From the NCBI RefSeq assembly GCF_033153115.1, contig NW_026889764.1, forward strand, positions 13,454,001 to 13,518,000: DNA of 64,000 bases. The letters run 5' to 3'. Both the position numbers and the translations under genes were made by a program. Each line of letters opens with the position of its first letter. Positions within the stretch are counted from its first letter, which is position 1. The notes under the pieces were generated by a model that saw nothing but the letters and a program-made list of their open reading frames with translations, was not told the origin of the DNA and ran no database searches. The DNA comes from Saccostrea echinata. Lineage: Eukaryota. Shown here in pieces: positions 23,923-37,724 of the stretch.

Positions 23923-26395
23923 TGTATAAGCCCTAGAAAAATTCAGCTGTTTTAGAAATTCACTTTATCAATGAAATACTGTCCCTTTATTCGTAGCATT
24001 CTAGACCTTATTTAACTTTATCGAGATTTCATTTCACACGCTTATTTGAGCGTAACAGTTTTGACATGTATATTAATAAAAAGGAAATTGTAAATTAAAA
24101 GGACATTTGTAATAGCCTCAGAAAATTTTCATAATTTTGAACAAACTATCATTTTAGGGCTGTTATTTTTCTTACAAATTTTCTTGTAACAATAAACTAG
24201 TATTTACTCAAAAAGTAACACTAAAGCTCAATTTGTACCTATATATAGTTACTAATCTTCCGAATGTCGGTACTTACATGTATTTAGATTTAATTCATAA
24301 TTTTTCTAAGGTTTTTATCATAAACAACTTTTGAAAATAGAAAACAATTATTGAAATTCCCTTTTCTCATAAAATACTTAAAATACTATTCGTTTTAAAC
24401 ATTGAAAGATTAATGGTATCACGTACCTCTTGCCCGTTCGATGGAATGGCCTCTTAAAAATACCTGACAAGGAGTCGACTGACACTTTATCAACTGAACA
24501 TGACAATTGGTTCCAGGTCAGTTAATACGGGAGATCTGTAGGTCCCTGAATTTGTCAACTGGACAGGCGGGTTTACAACACTATTTGCAAACAGGGAAGA
24601 TTCTACATATATAAGGATGACACGATATCAATGGTTCTGTGACAGCAATGCCAGTATATCCTTAGGGACTTTTTTTTTCTTATTTTAACAAACATTCTAA
24701 ATGTCTTTATTTGCGGTAGACACATATTATTATACTCTACTTTTAAAAGACTCGATCATTCATCATAACTGGTGCTATTTTGCTAACTGGAATCTTGCTC
24801 GTAAATGACAACAACAGACACTTGGAATATGGATCATACACACACACTCTTTCCAGTTTTTTTTTTTAATTAAATCAGGGATCGACACACTTTTTTCCGA
24901 TTCGTGTATTCTAATATGCATTACATATTATCGATATCATAACTGTAGGCCTTTTATCTCTATTAACTGTTTTTAAATATCTCGTTTTCGACTGATACAT
25001 TAAGCAGATAAGAGAAAATGTGATAACAACTGGCATGTAACTTAATTAGTGTTTACTAAAATTATGATGTATGAATGTGTTACGGTGTAAAATACGACTT
25101 TTCGGACATATTATAAATTACTGTGTAAATTAACTTTTCGGACTTTGTGTAAATTGTTATAAAAACTTTTCGTATATTTCGGCAAATGTGACAAATTCTA
25201 TAAATTCCGCACAGCTTTAATCCTACATGAGGCACAGTCAGAGATGGACAGTTAATCTCTTAATTGACTTCTTTTTATATTTATTGACACTTAATCTTTC
25301 ATCTACTTTAATTCTATTATATACATGCCGCTAAAATGTACCAGTCGCTCAATAACTGTTTGATAATTGATTTCTTTATACATTTTGTTAATCCTTTTTT
25401 TTTTGGTCCTATCTTTGTTCAGTATGTATGTTTTGTTGTTGAAAAATTATAGGCAGTTGGAATCAGACCTTCGGTGCTGATACATCCCAAACTCATGTAA
25501 AAGTATATTCCATGCTGATTCTATATAAAAGTACTAAAACTATAACGCGTGTTGGCTTATTGGAGGTTTTATGAATCTGGGTTCAACAATAAGAGGAAAA
25601 CTCACCGGTTGACCCAGAATTAGAATTTGACGGACAAATTCATACCGTAATAAATGCGTCGTCTCGTACAGGAGCATGTTCGTAAACAAATTTAATGTTT
25701 CATGAATATTCATAGCAGACTTCTTCGTTGAAATTTTTCTGGACGACAGAACTTGTATGTGACTTCTAGTTTGCTTGATCTATTTATTTGCAATTATATC
25801 TCTTCATATATACGTATTATTTTTAGGTGGAAACAATATAATTTCTTTAACTAAACTGCCTTTTGTAAATGAGATCAATGTAAATTTCAATTGTAATAAA
25901 TCATATGAACTTTGAAACATTACAGGCACTGGTTGACTTTCTTTATACATCAAGTGTAAATTGTTCAAAATTCTAGAACTGCGTTGTAATGTCCAAGATT
26001 TTATACTGAAAGGAAAAAAAACGCAGGGTAACATTTTTGACTCCGTGGCCGAAATTGGTCAGATGTATAGGTTACTGTGTACTAAAATCGGTGTTCAAAA
26101 TTACTCAACCGTGAAATTTATGACGTCACGTACATGGAAAGTGGTGAAAAAACCAAAAACACGTGCATATTGATGATGACAAGATTGTTAACACATTTTA
26201 TAGCACCACTCGATGCACTGGAAGTATATACATTGTTTTTCCATATTTACAGTCAATATGAATTTCTTGCAATCATGGTACGGCTGACGAAAGTTTCATT
26301 GGTCAAGGATTTGAGTTGCCTTAGGAAGAAAAAGGCAACAGCATGTTGCTGTGCAGTTTGCTAAGAGATAAATTTAATTTTTGAGAATTCAGAGG

Positions 26396-26487
26396 ACATG
26401 AACTACGACGCTTCACGCCTGCATATTTCATGAAGCGCGTTGGCGATTCATGATAAATATACAGGTGTGAAGCGTTGTAGTTCATGT
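26396..26487. repeat. 92-nt near-perfect hairpin
   Basis: Arms ACATGAACTACGACGCTTCACGCCTGCATATTT.. / ..AAATATACAGGTGTGAAGCGTTGTAGTTCATGT; inside a TE-like non-coding stretch at about 25460-27135. Confidence 0.85.
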
Positions 26488-27196
26488 ACCTCATGAAATC
26501 AAAATTAAATATATTCATATCTTATATTTACATTATTTTTTTGATGACTTGCCACAAATTTTTGTCATTCAACGATCATTTTTGAAAAAGAAAAAAATGC
26601 ACTATTTTTTTTACTTCACAACTTTTTTTTACAGCATTACCACTGAAACTGATTTAAACGAAGTAGGCAATCATAGTCGTTATATTCACCCTAAAACTGA
26701 AAGAAACCGATTGCTTTACTTTGGTCCGTGAGCTCCTCAATTTTACATCGGTTTTACTCTCACTCGCGCACGTATGGATCATATGCCTAATATTTCAGCA
26801 TGTTTTTCCGCGGGAAAATGTAGCCAGAGTTTTTCAAGACTTTCTCGCAAACATTCACATTTACCAAATCAACTGGCCTCCGTTAATTCTATCTTTTTCT
26901 CCAATTGAAAATCTTACGGACTAACTGGACGGTAGGGTTTGAAGGCGTCGGAATGCCCCAGCTACTCTCGACCAACCAAGGGCTGCCCTTTCGGAAGGGT
27001 TGAATAATATCCCTATGAGAAAGATTAATGTACTGATAAACTTCATATAGAGGAGAATCAAGTGTGTGACAGATGCACGAGGTAGAAAATGAGAATTTTT
27101 ATTTTCACTTTTGGGGGTACCGTCATATGAATTTCAATAACTCATGAACACATGATGAAATATCAGTCAAAATCAAATGAAATTTTGCTAACTTGT

Positions 27197-27458
27197 CAAT
27201 GGCGGATCCAGGGCCGGCGCGCTGGGAGTGCCCCCCCCCCCCCACCCCGTTCGAATTTTTTTGTATGTAAAACTTATAATGTCCATTATCTTAAAATCAA
27301 GGAAAAAACTCTCTTATTTGTAAGAGTTTGTCATGCAGCTCCCGGACCCCCACCAGCGCCTTGCCCACTGCATGGGGGGCTTCGATGCAGCCCATAGACC
27401 CCCTGCCCTCTACTGCGCCCCCCCCCCCCCCTTTACAATATTCCTGGATCCGCCACTG
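27197..27458. mobile_element. MITE with CA(A/G)TGGCGGATCCAGG TIRs and 5-bp TSD
   Basis: TIRs visible; CTTGT on both sides (27192-27196, 27459-27463). Confidence 0.8.
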
Positions 27459-27887
27459 CTTGTTGATTAAAGACGGGTTTAAATGTTTAAATGTTAGATA
27501 ACAAACTGGAAAATACGTTCGAAATAATAGCATCAATTCACTTCATAAGTTTATCCTGCGTTTCTTTTTCCATACAGTATATTATCATCATCGTCATCAT
27601 ATTTTTGGTATCATGTCATCATACATAAAACAAATACACATAATTATATATAATCCTTTGAAAGACAATATTTCGGAAACAAGAACTTTATAAATAAATA
27701 AATATTCAGTTAACTACATTTTTAGAAATATAATTCCATTGTGACTAGATGATACATGTACCAGGATAACCCATTAAAGCTCGAGAGCATTTCCAATGGG
27801 GTCCTATCTTAAATTTATAGCATAATAATGCAATTTTTCATCATTAAAGCACTATGAAAATTGTTTGGCCCTATAATTTTAGCACTG

Positions 27888-28659
27888 CAGGGGTGTGCAA
27901 TTAAAAAAATCAAGTACTAGCCCACGGGCTAGTGGCAGCAATAAAGTTACTAGCCCCAAGTAAAAAGTTACTAGCCCAAATGTAAGGGGGTGGGGGTGGG
28001 GGGTTAACAACTACATGTAATATTGAAAAAAAATAGATTATTGTTGAAAAAATCAGGGTTTTAGGGTCATTTTCTTTAAAATTAAAGTTTAATTCTCACT
28101 AGTTAAATTGAATCATGTATAAATAAATTATTATGATAGAAAATAAATTCGAATTAAAATAAATTATTTTCCCCTTTTCTGAGCACTGCACTAGCTCATC
28201 TAAAACGAAGTTAAATCAATTTTTTTTCATCCTAAATTATTGAAAACAATGGAAATATATTTTTTGTAAATCACATAACACTTATCTTTCAGTTGATTGA
28301 GTGATCGTAAATAATTTAATGAGATATCTGCCTTTATTTTAAATAAACAGAGGAATAGAGGAAATTCGGATTAAAAAAAACTGATCGTTTTTTTGGAAGT
28401 AAATAAGTCAGGAAGTGCTGCAAAATGGATAAGATTATGGAGATTTACGAACAGTTGGGGCATGCTGCCTGGAAACTTTTCATTGGTTGGGAATTTAATG
28501 GCAAAAATGAGTGAAAATACCGGAAGTGATTTTCATATATTACATTTGGTATTTTTAATTTTTACTAGCCCAAGGGGCTACCTGCATGCAGAAAACCACT
28601 AGCCCGACCCCCAAAAATGGTAGCCCCGGGCGTCGGGCGATGCTAATTGCACACCCCTG
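27888..28659. mobile_element. MITE with CAGGGGTGTGCAATTA TIRs and 5-bp TSD
   Basis: Perfect 16-bp TIR, CACTG on both sides, subterminal ACTAGCCC repeats. Confidence 0.88.
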
Positions 28660-28779
28660 CACTGTGTAACTTAAACATCAAACTGGATTTAAGTATGACA
28701 ACACTGATAGTATCAATATAATAATAAAATATGTTTTATAAATTATTAGTGAAACGTTCTAAAACGCCCTTTTGTAAGC

Positions 28780-29712
28780 TAAAACTCTTAACTTGTTTCT
28801 TAAAAGTACTCCTTCCTTTAGCATATTTTATAGAAGCTGGTAAAAAAAGTCCTGTCCTTAATGCCATTATAATAAAAAGTATCTGCTGGACATGCTTTCA
28901 CATGAGGTATAAAAAAAAAAAATCATTAGAGGATGCTCTATAGTGTTGCGTGTAGACACAACTGGTCTTAGAGTGAAATTTTCACCTAGATCAGATGGCG
29001 CACAGCCATGGTAGATGTTATACACATGGTTTAATCTGAGTTGTCGTACCCGGTCTTCTATATTTAAAAAAATATTGAACTAAGCACTTTACAGTTTATG
29101 GAATGTGAAGGAGATAAATTTAGTATATATCTTACCATTTTGCTTTGACATATTTGTAATTTCTTTTTCGAACTCTTTGTCAAACCTGCATACCATGCAA
29201 GCAGGCATACTAGTAATCTAAATGACATTAAAAAAGCAACTTGTTGTTAATTTTTTGTATAATGGACTCAATAATAAATTCTCCACTCAAACACTGATCA
29301 ATAAAAACTCCTAAATATACAGTGTATAACTTTTTCCATAGAATGTATTGTATGTCCATTACACTCAATGTGAAAGTCTTGAACACTTGTAAGCTTCTTT
29401 CTTGATCCAAATAAAATACATTCCGTTTTCCCCAGGTGTAGAGATAATTTATTATCTATTAGCCAATTTGAACATTGTTTTAAAACAGTACTAAGTTTTT
29501 CTGAAATAAAATCTACATTTCTATGAGAAAATAAGATTGCACTATCATCAGCATATGAAATAAGTTTGCAGTCAGGATCAACACTGGAAGCCATATCATT
29601 GACATAGATTAAAAATAGTAGAGGGCCTAAAATACTGCCTTGTGGTGCCCCACATTTTACAGTACCTGGGTCAGACATAATATTTTCATAATGCATATTA
29701 TTTAATTCAATG
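28780..29712 (-). mobile_element. CR1/L2-clade LINE RT fragment
   Basis: CGAPQGSILGPLLFLIYVND...YADDSA...NKLSLHLGKTE; broken frame downstream. Confidence 0.85.
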
Positions 29713-29841
29713 CTGCTTTACAAACTCCCCAAAAATTTCAAGCTTTAATAACCTTTAAATTTTTATTGCACATACATGTATCACACATTTGACAGCATTT
29801 TTACACTTCAATTTTATGTTACATGTATGAATGGTTGATGA

Positions 29842-32800
29842 TTAATTATCCTCCAGTAAAGAAGTTGGTATAATTTTTCCCACTTTATCCTTCTTTGTGT
29901 TAATTTTTTCAAGTTTCCCTTCATTAATTTCTCTCTGTTTCTGTGATTTCTTCTGTCTCACTGGTTTGGTTTTCCCTTTTATTTCTTTTTCCCACTGTTT
30001 TCTATACATTGTATAAAGTCTCATAGTAGCTTGAGCATCTTGTACCTAAAATTATAATATGAAAAAAAAAAATTACTTATTAATATGTACAATATTTATA
30101 ATCTATTTCTATATACCGGGTAATCAACAATATGAAACTCACTTAAATGGATTTGTGAAAAAGTATCAAACAGATTTGCAATTTCCAAAGAGGTATGTTC
30201 AAGTGAAAATGTGTTGTGAGACCTATGCAAGCAAGTTAAGGGGGCCGACTGAGGTTTTCAATGCGCAATACTTTGCGCAACATAGTAAAATAAAGCATAT
30301 TTACTCTTTTAAAGCAACTATTTTTACATAATTTATAAAAAATAACAAATTTAGGAAATATGAGGTTAAAAAATCTAATTAAGTTTTAAATAACTGATTT
30401 TTTTAACGATTTTTCAAATGATGGGTAGAAAGACGTTGTAATAGTGTGTTTTTGACATTATGAATAACCGAAGTTCTTTAAGCGGGTCATTAATTATGCC
30501 ATAAAATAAAAAGTATAAAATATATGCTCTTGAAACTTTAAACATAGGAAATTGAGAATCTAGCAATCATTGGTATTATTTTTTAAGTAAATCCGTGGTA
30601 TCTGTCATGTTTTGTTGTACTCCATAAAAACCGGAAAATATCATGGATTTTGACATTTTGAGATGCCCCCTCTGGAAACTAGATGGTAGAATTTTGTGTT
30701 TCTTTTACAGAATGTACAATATAGTATTACTCATCAAATAATAAAATTTGAGCAAAAAGTCTATAGTAGTATTTGTATGATTTGCTCCGAAGTGCGAAAA
30801 AATGGTATTTTCCTATATAATCCTATAGTAAATGTACCTGTATTTTGAGACGGTCCCTCAAAAATAACCAGACGGTAGATTTTCACTAAACTTGGCATGT
30901 AAACTGAAGTCAATGTAAGGTATATATGGTATAAAATTAAAGAGTTTCTCTATAGTAGTTTTCACACAATAAAACCCCAGTCGGCTCCCTTAAGACTAGG
31001 TACAAACGTTTCAGCTGATTAAAACATTTAAGAGGGATTATACACTCACTTTCTTAAATATACCTAGTATCCCTGATATGTTATAGCAAATACACATGAT
31101 GACATTTTTCATTACTGTTTGGGGTAATGACAAATCAGCTCTGATGCAAGGTCATATCTCATTTACTGTGAATCATTTTTTTATTTTGGAGAACTTAATT
31201 TTTGCATAATTATTTTTTTTATTTTGGTGTAGGTATATATATGAAAAAAAATTGGGGTGGACAAAATTCATGGGTCTCTTCATACCTCAAAACCAAACAA
31301 AATCCCCCCCCCCTCCCCCTGAAAATTAGTGACTTCACAATACATCAATTTCTATGGCACTCAAAAACGATAAATATTCATTATTCATATAGAAATTTAA
31401 AGCTGTTCATTAATGATGAAAGAACTACTAAACAGTCAAAGAATTTCACAAAAGAACTACATATATAATCAAACATTTTTCTATACAAAAGTGTATACAT
31501 TCAGTCATTCTATATGAAATTATAACTAATATATAAGGCAAGAACAGATACATGTAGCAGCAGACAAAATTCTTCTTAAAAAGAAAAGATCTACTTAAAG
31601 TAAATACTCACAGAGCTATGCTCCCCCTCCTGCACACTGACCCCTAAAACCCTAGATGACAGATTCTTCAGGGACGGCGTTCTACCATTATACAGCTGAT
31701 GGAAGTATTTGTAGCGGGATGTGTCCCTAATTTGTTTTTTGGGATGACTGATATAAAGTACCTATTATGCAGTAAAATAAGTGATCAGATATACAGAAAC
31801 TATAATATGGTAAAATAACTTCATTCACATGTAGCAGATTTTATAATGCAATACAATGGATACTTTAAATTGTCCCTTCTCACAATTTGCAAATGATCAA
31901 TGAACCTGTAAGTCATGGTGAATGGCGTGTCCCACTAGTAGTCTTCCCTTAATCATGCTGCTGATATCCCTTTGGACAACAGGAAATTCTTTTCCTGAAC
32001 AACAAGGAATGTTTCATTATTATGGTATATGTATGCACTCCATAATATCAATATCTGCATGTACATGTACTCTATACTAGCAACAGAATACATTTAATAG
32101 AATAATAAGATGTATGTGAATTATTCATATTTTTACCTTCATAAATCATCATTTGAAACAATTTGTTTCACAGTTTAAGAATCTGTTATAAGCTTTATAA
32201 TTTTGTGTCTGTATGTTGTCCCTGCTTTATGTGAATGTAAACTTAATGCATGTTTAATAATGTTTAATAATGAATGCAACTATCAATAAGAAAACTGTGC
32301 CATTGTTTCATTTTACTGTTGTACCTTTCTCTAAGTCCTGCTTTCGGATGCCGCTGACCTTGGTCCTATAATCCACCACGTCCTCCATTGGTTTGACAAA
32401 TTCATCATACACACAGTGACCATGCTGATTCACGATGGACACTCGGGCCAGCATGCTCTCCCTTCCATCCCTCCCCACGCCCACCATCTCACAGTCCATT
32501 GCCAAAATCTTTGTCAACCTTTAACATTTTGAAATAAAAATCTTTTGTGGAAAATATACCTACTTAACTTATGTTTTGAATGGTCATACAATTATTGTAC
32601 AAATACATGTACTAATATTAGCAGCAATAATCAAAACACAACATAATTCTGTATATACATTTAAGGACATACGCAACGTAGTTTGAACTTTATTGTCTTT
32701 TTCCCTGGAGTTGAAGAGTTCCAATACTTAAAGGAACTGTGTGCTACATTTTAATGTCTATATATGCTGTTGTACATTTCTTTTAAAACAAATTTGGATA

Positions 32801-34916
32801 AACAAAACATCTAGAATATATGTTGAGTAATTTTTGTGTATTTTTGTTTGAATTATACAAGAATTTTCATCAAGTGATATCTTTTCAAAACCCCTGGTAA
32901 TGCATGCTGATTTTTTTGTCTATGAATATCTGATGGCACCATAATCTTAAATTAAGAATATCTTGAAAAATTATCAGTAGGTAAGGTACCTTGCGTATGT
33001 CCTTAAATGGATTTATATCATTTATGTACATGTTAGAATTAAAGATATATCAAAGTTGTAACTGAATTAGTGCAACAAACTGAAAACTTCTGTAGAAAGC
33101 ACCACAATAAGATTGCAATCATTTTTCAGCTAGAGTAACATTTACAACATACCCTCCATAAGAACCAGCCTTGACTAGGGGATTATGGGTTCTTGTACAC
33201 TTTTCCGGAAGTTTAGTTTTGCGATCCAGTAAAATCTCATCCACATCATCAAACCAAATTTCTGGTTCCCTAGACAGTATATATTATAATTTAAATCATA
33301 ACAGGTCAGATGAACAGCAGTGGAATTTCAATAATGTAATTATTTAACAATAATATGCTTTCTTTATCTGTTGGTATGGGAATTTATGTTGCAGCTGTTA
33401 CAGAAAAATACATAACTTATACATACATAACTGTATGTGGGTTATGTAAATCGTAAAGTAGAATTAAGTACATATATGTACATTAAATATTGTATTACTG
33501 ATATGTATGTCATTGTATGTTTCACTAATGGAAGAGCCACTGTTGAAGAAATCTATACAGGTGGCTTGCTTAGCAGCTTTAAGGTTTTGATTTCATATGA
33601 AATAAAAGAGATAATTTTCAGTGATGTAAACATCATATATCAAAACAATTTTTTTCTTTTATAATTTAATGAATAAAAAATTGAGTAAACTAACTTTTCT
33701 TTATCTTTTGTTTCTTTCTCTTTGGCATTTACAAGCTTAACTTTCTTTTTCTTTGCATTGAGGCCCAGATCCTGAAAAAATACCAGTAAATATACATGTA
33801 TATGCTAACGGAATGAGAATCTGTCAAATACTAAAATAATCAAGTAATTTTTTTTTTCAAACACAGTTATTGAAATAATCATAGAAACTTTGTTTTAAAA
33901 CCAGAATCGGGTTAACGAACCCCAAAAAATAATGTACAAATGCTAGAAACTGATCTGTGTTTTCAAATACAGTTGAACTTCGGTATCTCAAACACTGATA
34001 TATTGAATGCCATGAATATGTCCAAGTGATTTGGAAGCCCCACCCCTTATTCTTTAGTAAGTATTTTACTCTGGATATCTCAAATTCTCTGATATCTCGA
34101 AGTTTTTTCTCGGTCCCATTGAGTTCAAGAAAACAAGGTTTGATTGTAGTTTGGGTTTTCCTGACATTTCTAAATTTTTGTTAATTGAAGAATTACCATA
34201 TGCTCTGAATACAAATGTATTTTTAAAATTTATTAAGCACTTAATATTTTTTGTTGCACCTGAATTCACTTGCTTTAACTTACAGGTATCGCTGAAGAAA
34301 CTACTAAATATATCACATGAAGTCTTCATACCTGTTGAAGTTTTTTCCAGTTTGATGAAACTTCTACACTGTTGACAGAAACCTCAGTGCTGGTTTCCCC
34401 GTTCTCTTGTTTATTCTGTATTTCTGTGTGGCCTTTTACCTTGGCATTTTTACCCTTGGTTTTCTTTGCTTTAAACCTTTGCCATTTATTTAATTTTTTG
34501 CCGGATTTCTTTCCTACTTCACTGTTTTCTTTGCTAATAGAATTCTCCTTGTTTTTGGTTGGTTTGCTAGCATTGTCCTTTAATTCATCAATTCTGTCTG
34601 GATTGACAATCTTTTCCTTACTTGCTTTCTGCTTTAAGGGTGACCTTGCTTCAGAATGTTTTTGTTTTGCCTCTATATTGTTTATGCTTGGATTACAAGA
34701 AATATTTTTTCGTTTTGGAAGTTTTTCTTTGCACAGCTTTACATCATTATACGATTCGTTGTCACCAAGCTTCATTTTCTTTCTTTTCTTGTCCCTATTT
34801 TTTCTCTGCCCTTTGCTTTTTATATCCGTGCATTGCTGAAAACTTGAAATTGTCTTTATTTTCTTAAAATCTCTGACATTCACATCTCCTTCCTGGCTTA
34901 TTCTTTTCCTCTTCAT
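29842..34916 (-). CDS. REXO4: RNA exonuclease 4 (DEDDh), about 471 aa
   Basis: Exons 34916-34332, 33771-33695, 33269-33153, 32518-32325, 31994-31906, 31761-31612, 30045-29842, all GT-AG and phase-consistent. Motifs [46 protein letters not shown]; Lys-rich N-terminus. Confidence 0.95.
30240..30989. mobile_element. Kolobok-like non-autonomous element in a REXO4 intron
   Basis: TIR GGG(G/A)GCCGACTG(A/G)GGTTTT, TTAA on both sides. Confidence 0.8.
32665..33002. mobile_element. Kolobok-like MITE in a REXO4 intron
   Basis: TIR GGACATACGCAA, TTAA TSD. Confidence 0.8.
33968..34148. mobile_element. TA-flanked MITE
   Basis: TACAGTTGAACTTCG / CAAGGTTTGATTGTA imperfect TIRs, internal GATATCTC repeats. 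Confidence 0.6.
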
Positions 34917-35281
34917 GTTCTAAAAACAGATGTGATTTCATTTTATATTCAAAGCACAAAGTCTTGTGTATCACAATTAATCCTATTAATAAAAGTAGTT
35001 ACCTCACTGAACAACATTTTTCAATTTCAATCTTTTTCATATCAATTGTTCAATCTCTATCATATAAAATAGAATTCCATTAAAACTGTACTCTCTTTGT
35101 CAAATCAGAGATATAAATGTCTCTGATGTAATAATTGTGATTTTTGGTCTCAAGCTGCCTACAAATTTTAAAACTGAACAATATAAAAACTAAATGCCCC
35201 CTTCCCTGTCACATTAAACAGGTTAGGACCAATGGCCAAAATGCAACATAACTTGTTTTGGACATATCCCAAATGGAATAT

Positions 35282-36250
35282 TAAGAAAGCTTAGAAGGGT
35301 CATATAAGGAAAATGAAAAAAATAATAAAAGTCGTAATAACAACTTTTAATCTCGCAATCACAATTTTTTATCTCGTTATTATGACTTTTTATCTTGTTA
35401 TTATGACTTAATAAAGTCATAACAACGACCTTATATCTCGTAATAAGGACTTTTTATCTCAATATTACGACTTTTTATCTCGTTACTACGACTTTCTTAA
35501 ATCATAATAACAACTTTTTACATGTATCTCGTAATAACGACTTTTAATCTCGTTATCACCGCTTAAGAAAGTTGTAATAAAGAACTTTTCTCTCATTATT
35601 ACGTCTTAAGAAAGTTGTAATAACGACTTTTTTTCTTGTAATTACGACTTTCTTAAGTTGTAATAACGACTTTTTATCTCATAATATCTCGTTACATGTA
35701 TAACGACTTAAGAAAGTCGTAATAACAATTTTTGAACTCGTTATGACTTTTTATCTCGTTATTACGACTTTTTAAGTCCTAACAACGACTTTTTATCTCG
35801 TTATTATGACTTACTAAAGTCGTAATAATGACTTTTTATCTCGTAATAACGACTTTTTTTCTCATTATTAGGACTTAAGAAAGTCATAATAATGACTTTT
35901 TATCTCGTATTACGACTTTCTTAAGTCGTAATAACAACTTTTTATCTTTGTTATTACGACTTTCTTAAGTCGTAATAACAACTTTTTATCTTTGTTATTA
36001 CGACTTTCTTAAGTCGTAATAACAACTTTTTATCTTGTTATTACGACTTTTTATCTTGTTATTATGACTTTCTTAAGTCGTAATAATGACTTTTGTATCT
36101 CGTTATTATGACTTTTTATCTCGTTATTACGACTTTCTCAATCATAATAATGACTTTTTATCTCGTTACTTAGACTTTTTTATCTCATAACAACGACTTC
36201 TTATTTATTTATTTTTTTTCATTTTGGTTCTTTAATTTGGTCCTTTTAGG
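35282..36250. repeat. Minisatellite (~21-22-bp units) inside a TIR-bounded element
   Basis: Dozens of GACTTTTTATCTCGTTATTAC / GACTTTCTTAAGTCGTAATAAC units; the left end is an inverted match to 37680-37724. Confidence 0.85.
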
Positions 36251-36267
36251 TTACGAAAGCGTAGAAG

Positions 36268-37322
36268 TACGGAAACGTATAATGATCTTGTATTTGTAAG
36301 TTGGAACGCGATAATTTTTTCATAATATTGTCAAAAACGGTTGCTTCGAAGTTTGCAGATTTATCTATGACAACAATCTCTAATGAAGGACACTTTTTTG
36401 ATGTATTTTGGACGACTTACACACTTTTATCTATCAAAGTCGAATTTATCAATGTCGCGCTTAAATAATTCATATAAATTACACCGCTAAATTGAATATC
36501 GCAGACATTACTGCTACGCATCGCAGACATTATTCCAATGTATTATATATATGACACATAGGCGTCGGAAGCAAATTTGAAACGAGGTGTGGGGGGGGGG
36601 GCTAAACCAACCAGAAAAAAAACCTTTGGGGGCTAAGCCCCAATTTTCAATGCCTATATTATGTTTATCTTTGCAAAAAAGGGGGATGGGGGCTAAGTCC
36701 CTTCCCGGTTCCGATGCCGATATGACCACTTCATGTAGGCAACTTAAATCAGAGAAATTAAGTCATCCAAATTTGAACTACTTGTAATACTCATTCAAGC
36801 AAAATTGACATAGATTTGTCAATATACTATAAAGTATTTAATCGTTTGATTTGCAGTTCATTTTCTAATTGCCTCACAGTTGATACCAGTGGTATGCATA
36901 AAAAGAAAGATCAATTTCAGCTATGATTATTTTTTTTAATACAGTTAAATTGTTGTTCAAACTTAAGATGACAAACGTACGTTAACAGACAAGAACTGTC
37001 AAAATATCGACGTGAAAGCTTAATAAATGGAACCATATCGACATTATTTATTCTCATTATATAAAACTGGGAGAATATTGCTACACATTTTAAAAATTGC
37101 AACAACATTGCTATTACGCAAAAAATTATCATACTTTGGTCAAAGTCAACAAAGCTTTTACAGGACAGTTAAATCATCAAACGATTATCGTAATTTTCTG
37201 ATTTCCTCGCACAACTCGACAAAACTATGATGATTTATACATTTTATTGGCAGATGACACTAATTTTATCTTGTCATTTTGAGGTAAAACACAACGACAC
37301 GAGGCGGTTATACGTTTCCGTA
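36268..37322. mobile_element. TA-flanked non-autonomous element with a nested small MITE (36557-36724)
   Basis: Inverted ends TACGGAAACGTATAA / TTATACGTTTCCGTA. Confidence 0.7.
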
Positions 37323-37323
37323 A

Positions 37324-37724
37324 TATGGAAAGGTCAAATGAGGAAAACAAAAAAAATTTTAAAAGTCGTAATTACAAGATAAAAAGTCGTAATTACAAGA
37401 TAAAAAGTCGTTGTTACAACTTTCTTAAGTCATAATGACGAGATAAAAAGTCGTTATTACGACTTTATAAAGTAGTAATAACAAGATAAAAAGTCGTTAT
37501 TACGAGATAAAAATTCGTTATTACAACTTTCTTAAGTCGTAATAATGAGATAAAAAGTCATTATTAGGAGATAAAAGTCATTATTACGACTTAAGAAAGT
37601 CGTAATTACGAGATAAAAAGTCATAATTACGAGATAAAAAGTCGTAATTATGAGATAAAAAGTCGTTATTACGACTTTTATATTTTTTTTCATTTTCCTT
37701 ATTTGGCCCTTCTAGGCTTTCATA
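37324..37724. repeat. Second copy of the minisatellite element, mostly in opposite orientation
   Basis: GAGATAAAAAGTCGTAATTAC units; terminal TTTTCCTTATTTGGCCCTTCTAGGCTTTCATA. Confidence 0.85.
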
